Assembly (NCBI GenBank): GCA_965195285.1
Contig: CBDAFS010000031.1
Span: 125,262 to 189,261, forward strand
Length of the DNA stretch: 64,000 nucleotides
Origin: an uncultured Aminicenantes bacterium
GTDB taxonomy: Bacteria > Acidobacteriota > Aminicenantia > UBA2199
Direction: 5' to 3'
The notes under the pieces are model-generated. The model made no database searches. It worked only from the letters and a program-made list of their open reading frames with translations, and had not been told where the DNA came from. The first letter of the stretch is position 1. Every line of letters begins with the position of its first letter. Shown here piece after piece: positions 9,875-20,400 of the stretch. Position numbers and translations under genes: made by a program.

Positions 9875-11002
9875 ATGAAAAAAACAGAAAAGTTTATCTG
9901 GCGGCACTTTTTTTGCAGGCCTCTGATTTTTTTAATGATTTCTGTCCTGGTTATTTCATGTTCTACTGAAAACAGCATGGAGATTGACATTACCCCCCTG
10001 CAATTGAATGATGGATGGAAAATATCCACACCGGAAGCACAGGGAATGAGTTCGAGTGAATTAATAGAGGCTTTTGATAAAGCATCAGACATGTCCTTCT
10101 TATACAGCATAATTATTGTCAGGAATGGGTTTTTAGTGGCAGAGAAGTATTATAACGGTGCAGGTGTTGATCAGGCTAAATATGTGGCTTCTGTTACCAA
10201 AAGTTATCTTTCAGCTCTTATTGGCATTGCCCTGGATAAAGGCTTTATTCAAAGTCTGGATCAGAAAATGATGTCCTTTTTTCCCGAATATGATTCAATA
10301 GATATTGAATCGGCAAAATATGAAATCACTCTCAGACAATTGCTACAAATGCAAGCAGGATACTGGCATGACAGTGAAACCAGCCGATGGCTGGCATGGG
10401 TGAATAGCCCGGATTGGATTGCATATATGATCAATCTGCTTTTGGAAAATTCCCCGGGCACTCAATGGAATTACTCAACCGGTTCTTCTCATATTTTATC
10501 GGCAATATTAACAAAGACCTCCGGAATGAGTGGTGAAGATTTTGCCAGACAATATCTTTTTGAACCGCTGGATACGGAACTTGTCCATTGGGGTGAAGAT
10601 CCGCAGGGCTACAATTACGGTGGTTTTGATATGCATATTACCCCGCGAGATATGGCGCGTTTTGGATTGCTTTATCTTGGCAAGGGACAATACCAGGGTC
10701 AGCAAATTGTGCCGGAAGACTGGATACGGAAATCAACTTCAGCCTATAGTGACGTATCCTGGTTTTTCGGGGTTATCCAAAATCCACAGTACGGTTATCA
10801 CTGGTGGATCGGAAGTATGGAGGGTCATAACATTTTTTTCGCCCAGGGGCATGGCGGTCAGAATATTATTGTGTTCCCGGGACTTGAGATGGTTGTGGTC
10901 ACTACCACAAATCCTGATCTCGGCTTTGAAGACAGCTGGCTACAATCCATTTCCACATTCCATTTCATTGCCAAGGATATTCTTGTTGCTGTGAAAGAAT
11001 AG
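9875..11002 (+). CDS. Serine hydrolase (beta-lactamase class C-like) lipoprotein
   Basis: SVTK (SxxK), WNYS, AQGHGGQ; lipobox-like VISC. Confidence 0.85.
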   Translation: MKKTEKFIWRHFFCRPLIFLMISVLVISCSTENSMEIDITPLQLNDGWKISTPEAQGMSSSELIEAFDKASDMSFLYSIIIVRNGFLVAEKYYNGAGVDQAKYVASVTKSYLSALIGIALDKGFIQSLDQKMMSFFPEYDSIDIESAKYEITLRQLLQMQAGYWHDSETSRWLAWVNSPDWIAYMINLLLENSPGTQWNYSTGSSHILSAILTKTSGMSGEDFARQYLFEPLDTELVHWGEDPQGYNYGGFDMHITPRDMARFGLLYLGKGQYQGQQIVPEDWIRKSTSAYSDVSWFFGVIQNPQYGYHWWIGSMEGHNIFFAQGHGGQNIIVFPGLEMVVVTTTNPDLGFEDSWLQSISTFHFIAKDILVAVKE

Positions 11003-11188
11003 TTATTTTCATTTATTATACACTTTGTCCTTTCCCTCTTAATTTTGAATTAATTGTTTTTTATTCGGGAAAAATATCCCGGCTGGGTTTTTTTATCCTC
11101 CAGGAACTGGGAAAAGGTCAACATCTATTGGTAAGCAGGGAAAAATAACATTATTTCAGATCGGGAAAATATTTTATATTTCTTTTTA

Positions 11189-11587
11189 TTATCGGGTGCA
11201 GACCCAAGTACCTGGGGTGCCTTCCTCATCCAGGGTTCCGTTCATGGTATTGTCTGTGGTTATGGTTCCGGTGCAGATGTCGGTTACATCAGCACTGGGC
11301 CAGTAAACCGTCCAATTAACCGTTGAACCACTGACCGTATAAGTCCCAGGACCTGTATAGGTACCGGTTGTCCAGTCCGGGCTTACCGTACAGGTTACCG
11401 CTCCGGAAGTATCGGATCCGGCAAAAGTAATCGTACCAGTATAGGTCCAGGTGCCCGAATAGGTCATGGTGATATTCCAGTTTCCGAGAATACTGAAGGT
11501 GTCTTCCTCTTCACTGGTTTTACATGACGTGTTGAATGTCAAAAAAGCAAAAAGTAGCATACAAATCCAAATTGATGTTTTTTTCAT
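11189..11587 (-). CDS. Hypothetical Thr/Gly-rich beta-strand lipoprotein
   Basis: GGAGG RBS, signal peptide with NTSC lipobox. Confidence 0.65.
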   Translation of the reverse strand: MKKTSIWICMLLFAFLTFNTSCKTSEEEDTFSILGNWNITMTYSGTWTYTGTITFAGSDTSGAVTCTVSPDWTTGTYTGPGTYTVSGSTVNWTVYWPSADVTDICTGTITTDNTMNGTLDEEGTPGTWVCTR

Positions 11588-11728
11588 GATAACCTCCGCT
11601 CTGTTTTTACTATATGGGAAATTGAAAGTCAACCTCAATTCATTTAAATATACCTATTTTGGTCAAGATTAGAATTTTATCCGATAAGGTTACTACCGGG
11701 GTGTTATAATTACTCTATTTTTCAAATT

Positions 11729-12067
11729 CTAAATATTCAGAATCGAACCTTCTTTGATGATGATCATTTTTCGTTTTATGGGGAAAAATAGAAAATAAAA
11801 AACTCGGTGATAATGAACTTCGACACGAAAAGTACCCGCTTCCTTGTTTTCAGTGATGATGATGTCATCGGATTTTACACGTAGTCTGTCATCCCGGTAG
11901 ATCCCCATTATCTTCTCTTTGAAGGCCTTTTCGCCTATGGTGTTGTAATCATTTAAAATGGTTCCTAAATTCAAATTTAAGCTGACTTTCTGGTTACTGT
12001 GATTAAACAATTGAATGGCTAAAAATACCAGGTAGATCACCACCAAAATCAGAATAATCTTTTTCAT
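11729..12067 (-). CDS. Hypothetical protein with N-terminal membrane anchor
   Basis: GAGG RBS, hydrophobic N-terminus. Confidence 0.6.
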   Translation of the reverse strand: MKKIILILVVIYLVFLAIQLFNHSNQKVSLNLNLGTILNDYNTIGEKAFKEKIMGIYRDDRLRVKSDDIIITENKEAGTFRVEVHYHRVFYFLFFPIKRKMIIIKEGSILNI

Positions 12068-12342
12068 GGTTAATCCTCTCTTTTCTCCTGGTTACACAAT
12101 GCTTGTCTATATATTATATTAAATCATAATAAAAAAAAATCAACTGGTATAACAAAATATGAAATGACCGACCGAACCACTATCCGGAATCCCCCGGATC
12201 CGTTTTGCCTATAGAGTATCGAAACAAAAGTCAATGGTTGCGGAATTCGGGAAACTTTTTGGCCGCTGAATCCGTTATTATAAATATGATAGGAGATTTG
12301 TATTTGTCTCCCCACTTATTCATTTTTAAAGGAGTGATATCA

Positions 12343-13299
12343 ATGCTTTTACCCGAAAAAAGAATAATTGATTATCAAGTCAAATTTTTAAGCTGGTTTT
12401 TTCTGACATTCTTTCTGACTTCGAGCTGGATTTTTCCGGCCCGGGCTCTGACCGTTCCGTCCCGAACCTGGGGGATCTGTTTCGGGAATTCTCCCCGCTT
12501 TACCGGATTGCGCTTCAATTTTATCGACCGCAATATCCAGACTATCAACGGCATCAATCTAACCTTGTGGAAGCCTTCGGATAAACTGGCCAGCGGAACC
12601 GTAAACGGTTTTTCTCTGGGATTGATACCATATGCCAATCATTTGAATGGGATTCAAATCGGGTTGCTAGGTGCGGGGGCCAAAGAAAACATCACCGGGA
12701 TTACCATTGGTTTGATCGGTGCCGGTTGTGGTAGTGATATGAAAGGCATTAACATCGGTGGAATCGGGGTGGGGGCCGGTGGCAGTATGGTCGGTCTCAA
12801 TCTGGGCCTGGTGGGAGTCGGTGCCGGAGAGAATGTCATCGGCATTAATATCGGTGGCCTGGGTGTCGGAGCAGGTCAGAATTTGATTGGTTTGAATATC
12901 GGCCTGCTGGGTGTGGGAGCCGGTGAAAATGTGACCGGGATCACTATTGCCGGACTGGGAGCCGGTGCCGGAGAGAAATTGACCGGGCTGACCATCTGCG
13001 GGTTGGCGGCCGGTGCTCCAATGATTAAAGGAATTACCATTGCCGGATTTGGACTTGGCGGAAAGTCCATATCCGGACTCTCAATTGCATTGGGAACGGT
13101 GCAGGTAACGGATGACGGCATCATCAGCGGCTTGAGCATCAGTGCTTTCAATTATATCCGGGGTACCCAGAGAGGAGTGGCCATCGGTATTGTCAATTAC
13201 GCCTACCGGTTGAAGGGATTGCAGATCGGACTGGTGAACATTGTCCGGGATAATCCCAAAGGAAGAGTGGTTCTTCCCATCATCAATTTTTGCTTTTGA
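12343..13299 (+). CDS. Secreted glycine-rich repeat protein (LA_2272-like surface repeats)
   Basis: About 15-aa repeats of type GINIGGLGVGAGENL and a GLQIGLVN C-terminus; AAGGAG RBS before ATG 12343. Confidence 0.75.
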   Translation: MLLPEKRIIDYQVKFLSWFFLTFFLTSSWIFPARALTVPSRTWGICFGNSPRFTGLRFNFIDRNIQTINGINLTLWKPSDKLASGTVNGFSLGLIPYANHLNGIQIGLLGAGAKENITGITIGLIGAGCGSDMKGINIGGIGVGAGGSMVGLNLGLVGVGAGENVIGINIGGLGVGAGQNLIGLNIGLLGVGAGENVTGITIAGLGAGAGEKLTGLTICGLAAGAPMIKGITIAGFGLGGKSISGLSIALGTVQVTDDGIISGLSISAFNYIRGTQRGVAIGIVNYAYRLKGLQIGLVNIVRDNPKGRVVLPIINFCF

Positions 13300-13307
13300 C
13301 GGTTACT

Positions 13308-13463
13308 TCAGGTTTTATAAATTGTATTGACCCAGTTCCGGAACCAGGGAGGCTTTTCCAGGATCACATAGATCAGCAGGATGGCCATGAAGGGAATGGG
13401 AATAATCATATCAAATACGGCAAAAACGATCAGGAATATCAAAAGAGTTGTTTTTAATTTCAT
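13308..13463 (-). CDS. Small membrane protein (51 aa)
   Basis: MKLKTTLLIFLIVFAVFDMIIPIPF...; ATGA overlap with the upstream methyltransferase stop. Confidence 0.6.
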   Translation of the reverse strand: MKLKTTLLIFLIVFAVFDMIIPIPFMAILLIYVILEKPPWFRNWVNTIYKT

Positions 13464-14113
13464 CTTAATTTCCTTGTTTTTGATTCCGGTTGGCACAACC
13501 AGACGTTGCCGAAGCTCGAGGTGGGGAAAGATTTTTTGATTTTCAGGCCGGCAGCACCAAATTCCGCTTCCCGGGAAGTGGAAATAAATTCGGGATAATT
13601 TGGGCCCTCGATCCATTCGATCAGGCGTACAAACCAGCCTCCCTCACAGCAGTAGTCAAAAATCACCACATATTCGGCGGCAATACGGGATATGTTATTC
13701 AAAATGGTTTTTCTGAATTCCGGGGAAAGTCCGTGGAGGAAGTAACCGGATGAAACAATCCCGAAACTAGTGGAGGGGATTTCAGGAAGGTCAACCAGGT
13801 CAAATTTTTTAAAATCGATCCGGGGAAATTTTTTTCTTGCCCTTTTCAGCAGTCGTTGCGAAAAGTCGAATCCGGTTACCGGGTGGCCCTGACGGGCAAA
13901 AGCTGCCGCCAGTATCCCGCTGCCCGTGGCCACATCCAGGACCGATAGTTCGGGGTGAAGCCCCAGTTTCCTGATGACTTCTTCATAGCGGGGAAACAGA
14001 TGCCATTCGATCAGGGGATACAGAATGGCTGTCAAATTGAAAAAAATTTGGGCCCGCTTTCTTTCCGATAAAAAATCTTTGGTTTGACCCGGGTCCGGGT
14101 TGCCTTTTTTCAT
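13460..14113 (-). CDS. Class I SAM-dependent methyltransferase
   Basis: VLDVATGSG motif I, GFDFS motif II. Confidence 0.88.
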   Translation of the reverse strand: MKKGNPDPGQTKDFLSERKRAQIFFNLTAILYPLIEWHLFPRYEEVIRKLGLHPELSVLDVATGSGILAAAFARQGHPVTGFDFSQRLLKRARKKFPRIDFKKFDLVDLPEIPSTSFGIVSSGYFLHGLSPEFRKTILNNISRIAAEYVVIFDYCCEGGWFVRLIEWIEGPNYPEFISTSREAEFGAAGLKIKKSFPTSSFGNVWLCQPESKTRKLR

Positions 14114-14177
14114 CCATCTATTTTGCCAAAAAACCGAAAAAAAGTAAAAGATAAATAGTAAATCCGACTTCTCTAAT

Positions 14178-14290
14178 TCATTTTGTACTTAATGACCACG
14201 GGATTGTAATGTATTTCCCGTTGTGATCAAATACATCCACCAGGACCCGCTTCTGTGTATTCATGGCCGAAGTAACGACCATTAACTTTC
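14178..14290 (-). pseudogene. Probable remnant of a 6-bladed propeller protein C-terminus
   Basis: LMVVTSAMNTQKRVLVDVFDHNGKYI resembles the xxVDIFNPKGEFI blade of ORF 46767-47885; no proper start. Confidence 0.35.
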
Positions 14291-14444
14291 TCTTGGTAAG
14301 ACGCCTTTCTTTTAAAAAAAGTTTACCAGAAAGCAACCGGAATTTGAATATAAATGACCGGGATTTGATTTTTTCATCCCGACTTGTCATTAATTTAGAA
14401 ATGGAATATAATCAATATGAGGACAGGGTAAAAGGAGGAACAAG

Positions 14445-14549
14445 ATGCCCAAAGGAAGGGAAAAACCCAAATCCAGTGATAAGAAACCCCCAAAACTATC
14501 TTTAAAGGAAAAACGGAAAAAAAAGAAAGAAAAAAAAGAAAACAGATAA
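14445..14549 (+). CDS. Small lysine-rich protein (34 aa), absent from the ORF track
   Basis: AGGAGG RBS then MPKGREKPKSSDKKPPKLSLKEKRKKKKEKKENR*. Confidence 0.6.
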   Translation: MPKGREKPKSSDKKPPKLSLKEKRKKKKEKKENR

Positions 14550-14559
14550 TCTCCTGCTA

Positions 14560-14634
14560 TCAGGGCAGGAACCAGTGGATGTAACGGCAGGTGTCGCACA
14601 CGTAGTACCTGGCATTCCGGTTGGCCCAGTCCAG
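14560..14634 (-). pseudogene. 3' remnant of a small zinc-ribbon protein gene
   Basis: Frame reads LDWANRNARYYVCDTCRYIHWFLP* (CxxC); in-frame stop just upstream and no start. Confidence 0.55.
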
Positions 14635-14711
14635 GGTTTTGCTGAATATTAAATCTTAAAGTCCGGTTTGTTTCGTTCCGGAGAATTCATTTTATTTCTG
14701 GAGGTAATCAA

Positions 14712-17279
14712 ATGAGATCAAAATTTGCTGTTTTACTGATACTGTTAATGATCGTTCCCGTATTGGCAGTCGATACCGCCAAAGAAGCGGAAAAGGAAAA
14801 AACCATAGAGAACTGGCTGATGCTGGGTCCCGGTCCGGTGACGGGGCTGGAACAGGCGGTTTATAAATCGAACCGGGATATTGCCAATCACCGGTTTCTT
14901 GATATCTCCGCACTCTGGCCCCGGGCCGGCCAGGAGGTGGTCTGGAGCCATGGCCGGGTACTCCAATGGAATCCGGTTAACCAGTATAGCATTACCCCGA
15001 CAGGCGATTCGCTCTATTATTTTGTCAGCTTTGTGGATGCCCATAAATTCCTGAAGGCCAGACTGGTGGTCAACGGAATCCATAAGGCCATGGTCAACCT
15101 GTACCTGAACGGCCAGGAGGTAAAGAAGCAATGTGACCAGAAAACCGGGAAGGTAACGGCAGACCTGACCCTGCTGAACAAAAAACATGTACTCCTGCTC
15201 AAGGTGTTTATCCCTCAAGGAGAAAACTTTATCCTGGATGTCCGGGTGTCTGATGCCCGTCAGGTGGAATCCGGAGAGCTTGCTTTTTCAAATTCCCGGA
15301 CCAGGCGGGTTGATTTCAACCAGATTTTGAAGGTGAAAGGCGTATACTCCCTGAAGGTCTCTCCTGACGGCCGGTATGTGGCGGTTTCGCTGGGGCAGAC
15401 CGGACCGGATGGCAGCACCGGCCGCTGGATCGAGATCCTCAAAATCGCTGATGGCTCTAAAATCCTGACTACCGAAGGTCGGGGAAGTTTTTCCAATCTG
15501 ACCTGGCTGAAAAACTCCAGGGGCTTTCTCTACAGTGTCGAGAGCAAAAAGAAAACCACCATCTATCAATACAACCTGCAGTCCGGGGAAAGAACAGCGG
15601 TCATCTCCGGAATCAAGGACCTTTCCAATTTTCGCCTGTCTCCGGACAACTCTTTTATCATGTACTGGACCTATAAGAAAAAAGACACGGGGAGTGGGTA
15701 CAAGTATATCGAAACCATACCCGACCGGGCCGCTTCCGGGCGCTATGACTACGAACTGTGCCTCCGCTACCTGAGGGGGGGAGCCGCTCACAAGATTCGT
15801 TCCTTCACCGAAAACCTCTATTCGGTGATGATCAGCCCGGACAGCAGCAAGGTGCTCTTCTCCACCCTGGTCCCGGATCCCCGGAAAAGGCCCTATTACA
15901 AAAGTGTTTTCCATATATTGGATCTGAAAGACCATAGCATTAAAAAGCTATTTGAAAGCAACCTGGTTTTTCCGGCCGCCTGGGCACCGGACTCCTCCCG
16001 GCTTTTGTTCACCGGAGGCCCGTCCTCATTCGGGGGGATCAGTAATACCCTTAAGGAGGGTGTGATTCCCAACGAATACGACACCCAGGTGTTTATTTAC
16101 GATATCGCCACCCGCAAGGCCAGCACCATCACCCGGGATTTCACTCCCTCGGTGGAGGATGTGTTATGGAGCCAGTGGGACGGGAATATTTATCTGCGGG
16201 TCACGGATCGGTCCTTTATCAAATTGTACCGCTACCAGACCAAACGGAATACCTTTAGCGAGATCCGGATGCCGGTAGAGGCGATCCGGCGTTTTGATGT
16301 TTCTTCCAGAGGAGGGTTTGCAGCCTTCTGGGGTTCCGGGGCTGCCAATCCCCACAAGCTTTACCGGGTGGACCTGTCCCGGCTGCGAGTGTCACTGCTG
16401 AAGGACTACAATGCCCGGTATTTTCGCCATATCCGGTTCGGAAAGGTGAAAGACTGGGATTACCGGACCCCGGAGGGGAAATACATCATTGGCCGTATCC
16501 ATTATCCCCTGGATTTTGATGCCAGTAAAAAATATCCCTGCATTGTCTATTATTACGGCGGTACCTCGCCGGTGGAGAAAAGTTTCGGCGGCCGTTATCC
16601 CTTCAACTGGTATGCGGCCAACGGCTATGTGGTGTACGTGCTGCAGCCCAGTGGTGCCGTGGGTTTCGGCCAGGCCTTTTCAGCGTTGCATGTCAATGAT
16701 TGGGGCAAGGTCACTTCCCGGGAGATCATCGGGGCTACCAGAGAGCTGATCAAGGCCCATCCCTATATCGATCCCCAACGGCTGGGGGCCATGGGTGCCT
16801 CTTATGGTGGTTTCCTGACCCAGTATCTGGCCACCCGGACCGATATCTTCGCGGCCTTCATCTCCCATGCCGGTATCAGTTCCCTATCCAGTTACTGGGG
16901 AATTGGCGATTTTGGCTATACCTACAGCGGGGTAGCCACAGCCGGAAGCTTCCCCTGGAACCGCCGGGATATCTATGTGGACCAGAGTCCGCTGTTCCTG
17001 GCTGACAAAATCACCACCCCCCTGCTGCTGCTTCACGGCGAAAAGGATAACAATGTGCCCCCGGGTGAGAGTTACCAGATGTTTGCCGCCCTGAAGCTGC
17101 TGGGCAAGGAGGTCGCCCTGGTAACCGTCAGCGATCAGGCCCACTGGATCATGAAATATGAAAAGCGGCTCCACTGGATGAAGACCATCATGGCCTGGTT
17201 TGACAAATGGCTCAAGGGGGAAACCCTTTACTGGGATGACCTGTACGGAAAATACCAGACCAAAAAAGAGAAAAAATAA
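14712..17279 (+). CDS. S9 family (prolyl oligopeptidase/acylaminoacyl) peptidase, secreted
   Basis: Signal peptide, propeller region, GASYGG nucleophile, LLLHGEKDNNVP Asp and AHWI His. Confidence 0.92.
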   Translation: MRSKFAVLLILLMIVPVLAVDTAKEAEKEKTIENWLMLGPGPVTGLEQAVYKSNRDIANHRFLDISALWPRAGQEVVWSHGRVLQWNPVNQYSITPTGDSLYYFVSFVDAHKFLKARLVVNGIHKAMVNLYLNGQEVKKQCDQKTGKVTADLTLLNKKHVLLLKVFIPQGENFILDVRVSDARQVESGELAFSNSRTRRVDFNQILKVKGVYSLKVSPDGRYVAVSLGQTGPDGSTGRWIEILKIADGSKILTTEGRGSFSNLTWLKNSRGFLYSVESKKKTTIYQYNLQSGERTAVISGIKDLSNFRLSPDNSFIMYWTYKKKDTGSGYKYIETIPDRAASGRYDYELCLRYLRGGAAHKIRSFTENLYSVMISPDSSKVLFSTLVPDPRKRPYYKSVFHILDLKDHSIKKLFESNLVFPAAWAPDSSRLLFTGGPSSFGGISNTLKEGVIPNEYDTQVFIYDIATRKASTITRDFTPSVEDVLWSQWDGNIYLRVTDRSFIKLYRYQTKRNTFSEIRMPVEAIRRFDVSSRGGFAAFWGSGAANPHKLYRVDLSRLRVSLLKDYNARYFRHIRFGKVKDWDYRTPEGKYIIGRIHYPLDFDASKKYPCIVYYYGGTSPVEKSFGGRYPFNWYAANGYVVYVLQPSGAVGFGQAFSALHVNDWGKVTSREIIGATRELIKAHPYIDPQRLGAMGASYGGFLTQYLATRTDIFAAFISHAGISSLSSYWGIGDFGYTYSGVATAGSFPWNRRDIYVDQSPLFLADKITTPLLLLHGEKDNNVPPGESYQMFAALKLLGKEVALVTVSDQAHWIMKYEKRLHWMKTIMAWFDKWLKGETLYWDDLYGKYQTKKEKK

Positions 17280-17447
17280 AACACGTAAAAAGTAAAATCT
17301 AAATGGTAAGGTTTCTTGTCCTGAATATAGATTTATATTTAAATTGAAAGAAAGAGAAAATTATATTATTTATTTGTTAGGAATAATATCACAATGATAT
17401 GGAGAGTTAGAACATTAAGATAAAAATCAAAAATAAATAACAAAAAA

Positions 17448-20400
17448 ATGAATGACTCAATAAAAATTTTTGTCATCATTTTGTTGATTTTATTTCTCAA
17501 CTTATCTGCTCAACAACTACACATAAAAAATTATACAACCGATAATGGTCTCCCATCATCACAAGTATGGTGCAGTTTACAGGACAGTAAAGGTTATATC
17601 TGGTTTGGAACATCTAATGGCCTGGTAAAATATAACGGGAAGAGATTTTTCACATACAAGGTCTCGGACGGACTTGTCAGTAGTGTTGTGCTGGCATTAT
17701 TGGAAGAAAATGGTAATATCTGGATTGCAACTGATAACGGGATAAGCTGTTATAATGGTAAAAGTTTTACCAATCATATATCAAATAATGATTTAAATTT
17801 TGGAATAGTTTGGTGTATCTCAAAATTTCAGGGTTGTTTGTGGTTCGGAACAAAAAGACAGGGGTTGTTTAAATTTGACCCTGCCGGGGCTGAAGATAAT
17901 GTTTTTTCAAATTATTCTGCAAAAGAAGGCTTATACCTTTCCAGTATTTTTTCCTTGGCTGCGGATGATAACCATTTGTGGATTGCCAATGCCCATACCG
18001 GATTATTCATGTATGATGGGAAAAATTTTTTAGATTATACAAAAAGTTTTAACCTGGAAAATAAAACATTAACAAACTTATTAATAGTTGACTCTACATT
18101 ACTGGTAGGAACGGCAAAGAATGGCTTATTCGAATTGGATCTTAATAGATTGCCTGATAGAATGGCTAAATCAAAAAAAGTTGCCAACTACTTTCCTACT
18201 GATTACATTTATTACTTGGCAGCAAAAAAGGAAAACCTGTTTTTGGGAACTCGTGGTAGCGGTCTTATTCATTATAAAGACAGACCAATCAGGTATACAA
18301 CGGCAAACGGTTTAATAAATAATTTCATTTATTCAATATTAATAGACAAGGAAAATTCCGTATGGATTACCACCAACAAAGGAATCAGCAAAATTATTTC
18401 TCATAAATTTATAAAATATGTAGATAATATGTCGGTATTATCTGCTTGTGAATTTAAGAGTGCAATCTGGCTGGGAACGTTTGAAAACGGTTTGATAAGA
18501 ATAGAAGGTGATAAGATTACTACTTATAACCAAAATGGTTTCTTTAACCCCAGCCATATATGGGTGCTGGGTGTGTTCGATAACAAGCTGTGGATAGGGG
18601 GTATGAGTGGATTATATAGTTATGATGGTAATAAGTTTAAAAAATACAGAAGAAAAAATGGAATTGCTGAAGAAGGCGTATTAAGCCTCTTACCTACCGT
18701 GAAATCTTTGTGGGTTGGAACTGTAAATAAAGTATACAAATTCGAACCTCATAAATTAAAAGATAAATTTTTAACTTATGGATCAGAAGACGGTCTAACC
18801 AACACCTATTTTCAGACTATCTGTCAGGATGGGAATAAAATATGGGTTGGTTCCCCTGGCGGTGCCTTCTGTCTTGACCTAAAAGAGGGGGGGGGATTTA
18901 AAAAGTTCTCAAAAAAAGATGGGCTGTCTTCTAATTGTATAAATGTGATTTTTAAGGACAACAAGGGAATATTATGGTTCGGAACTTCAAATGGGCTGAA
19001 TAAATATGAACCAGACAAAGAAAAGAAATTTAGCGTTTACACTATTGAAAATGGATTAAGTGACAATCATATAGTATCTATTATTCAAAAAGGTAAATAT
19101 TTATGGCTCGGGACCAGTAATGGATTAAATAAATTTGATGGCGAAAATGTCATAAAAATATTTACCCAGAAGAGTGGCTTAATTGGTAATGAGTCATCAT
19201 CACCAAACGCAATGTTTCTTGACAGCAATAATCATATCTGGATCGGTTCTCCAAAAGGGGTAACAAAATATATTCCTGAGAATGATATTCCCAATAAAGT
19301 GCCTCCACCGGTATATATTGAGAATTTTTTTATGAATAATTCACTGGTTGGTGATGAACAAGATCTTGAGTTTGAATATAAAAAAAACACAGTAAAATTT
19401 TCTTATATAGGTCTTTCCTTTCAAAATGAAGACGACGTGCGGTACAAATACAAATTAGAAGGATACGATAAAGAGTGGTCGGAAGTAACTGAAAAAGATG
19501 AAGTTAGATATACCAATTTAAATAACGGGACTTACACTTTCATGGTATTTGCTCGAAACGGGGATGGTTTTTGGTCAAAAACTCCGGCAGAAATATCTTT
19601 TAAAATACTTCCCCCTTTCTGGAAATCCTGGTGGTTTGTAATTATTGTGGCACTCATGCTGGTTGGGATAGTATATGTTGTTTTTATATTGAAGACCACT
19701 CAAATGAGGAATAGGGCAAAAAAGTTAGAGCAAAAAATTGATGAAAGAACAAAAGTGCTAAAGGACTCAGAAGAAAAATACAGAACATTAATTGAACATT
19801 CAAACGATATGATATGGACCCTGGACGAAAAGGGAAATTTCAGCTACTTTAACAAAAAGTCAGAAGAGATAACAGGCCACCAAATTGAAGAAGGGATCGG
19901 AGGGTCATTTGCTCCCATAATTCTTGAAGAAGATTTAGAAAAGGTTCAGAAGGTTTTTATTGGAGCAATGCAGGGAAAACCTCAACATTATGAAGTAAGA
20001 ATTTATGACAGTAAAAAAAGAATATTATTTTTATCTGTAAATACCGCGCCCATTTTTAAAAACGGAAAGGTTATTGGAACTATTAGTTTTGGAAGAGACA
20101 TAACGAAACAAAAGAAAATGGAGGAAGAACTTCTGAAAGCAAGCAAACTCGAATCACTCGGGATCCTTGCCGGGGGTATAGCTCACGATTTCAATAACAC
20201 CCTTACTGCAGTTATTGGTAATTTATCACTGGCAAAATTACAAGTAGATTCAAAAGACAAACTCAATAATACGTTGATGAAAATCGAAAAATCCTCACAG
20301 CAGGCAAGGGATTTAACTCAGCAATTACTAACTTTTGCCAGAGGTGGTACTCCGATTAAGAAAAAAATCTTTGTTAATGATTTGCTAAAAGATTCCGCTT

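Noticed and set aside
9875-11002. Calling the two serine hydrolases (also 36872-38572) antibiotic-resistance beta-lactamases
   Set aside because: The SxxK fold is shared with esterases and peptidases; nothing in the sequence specifies beta-lactam hydrolysis.
12640-13130. Nucleotide-level tandem repeat or DGR template
   Set aside because: The repeats are degenerate protein-level Gly-rich repeats; no reverse transcriptase and no adenine-specific TR/VR pair seen.
14692-17174. Many 60-215 aa antisense or alternate-frame ORFs here and elsewhere
   Set aside because: They are shadows of GC-rich real genes, with no RBS or recognisable motifs.
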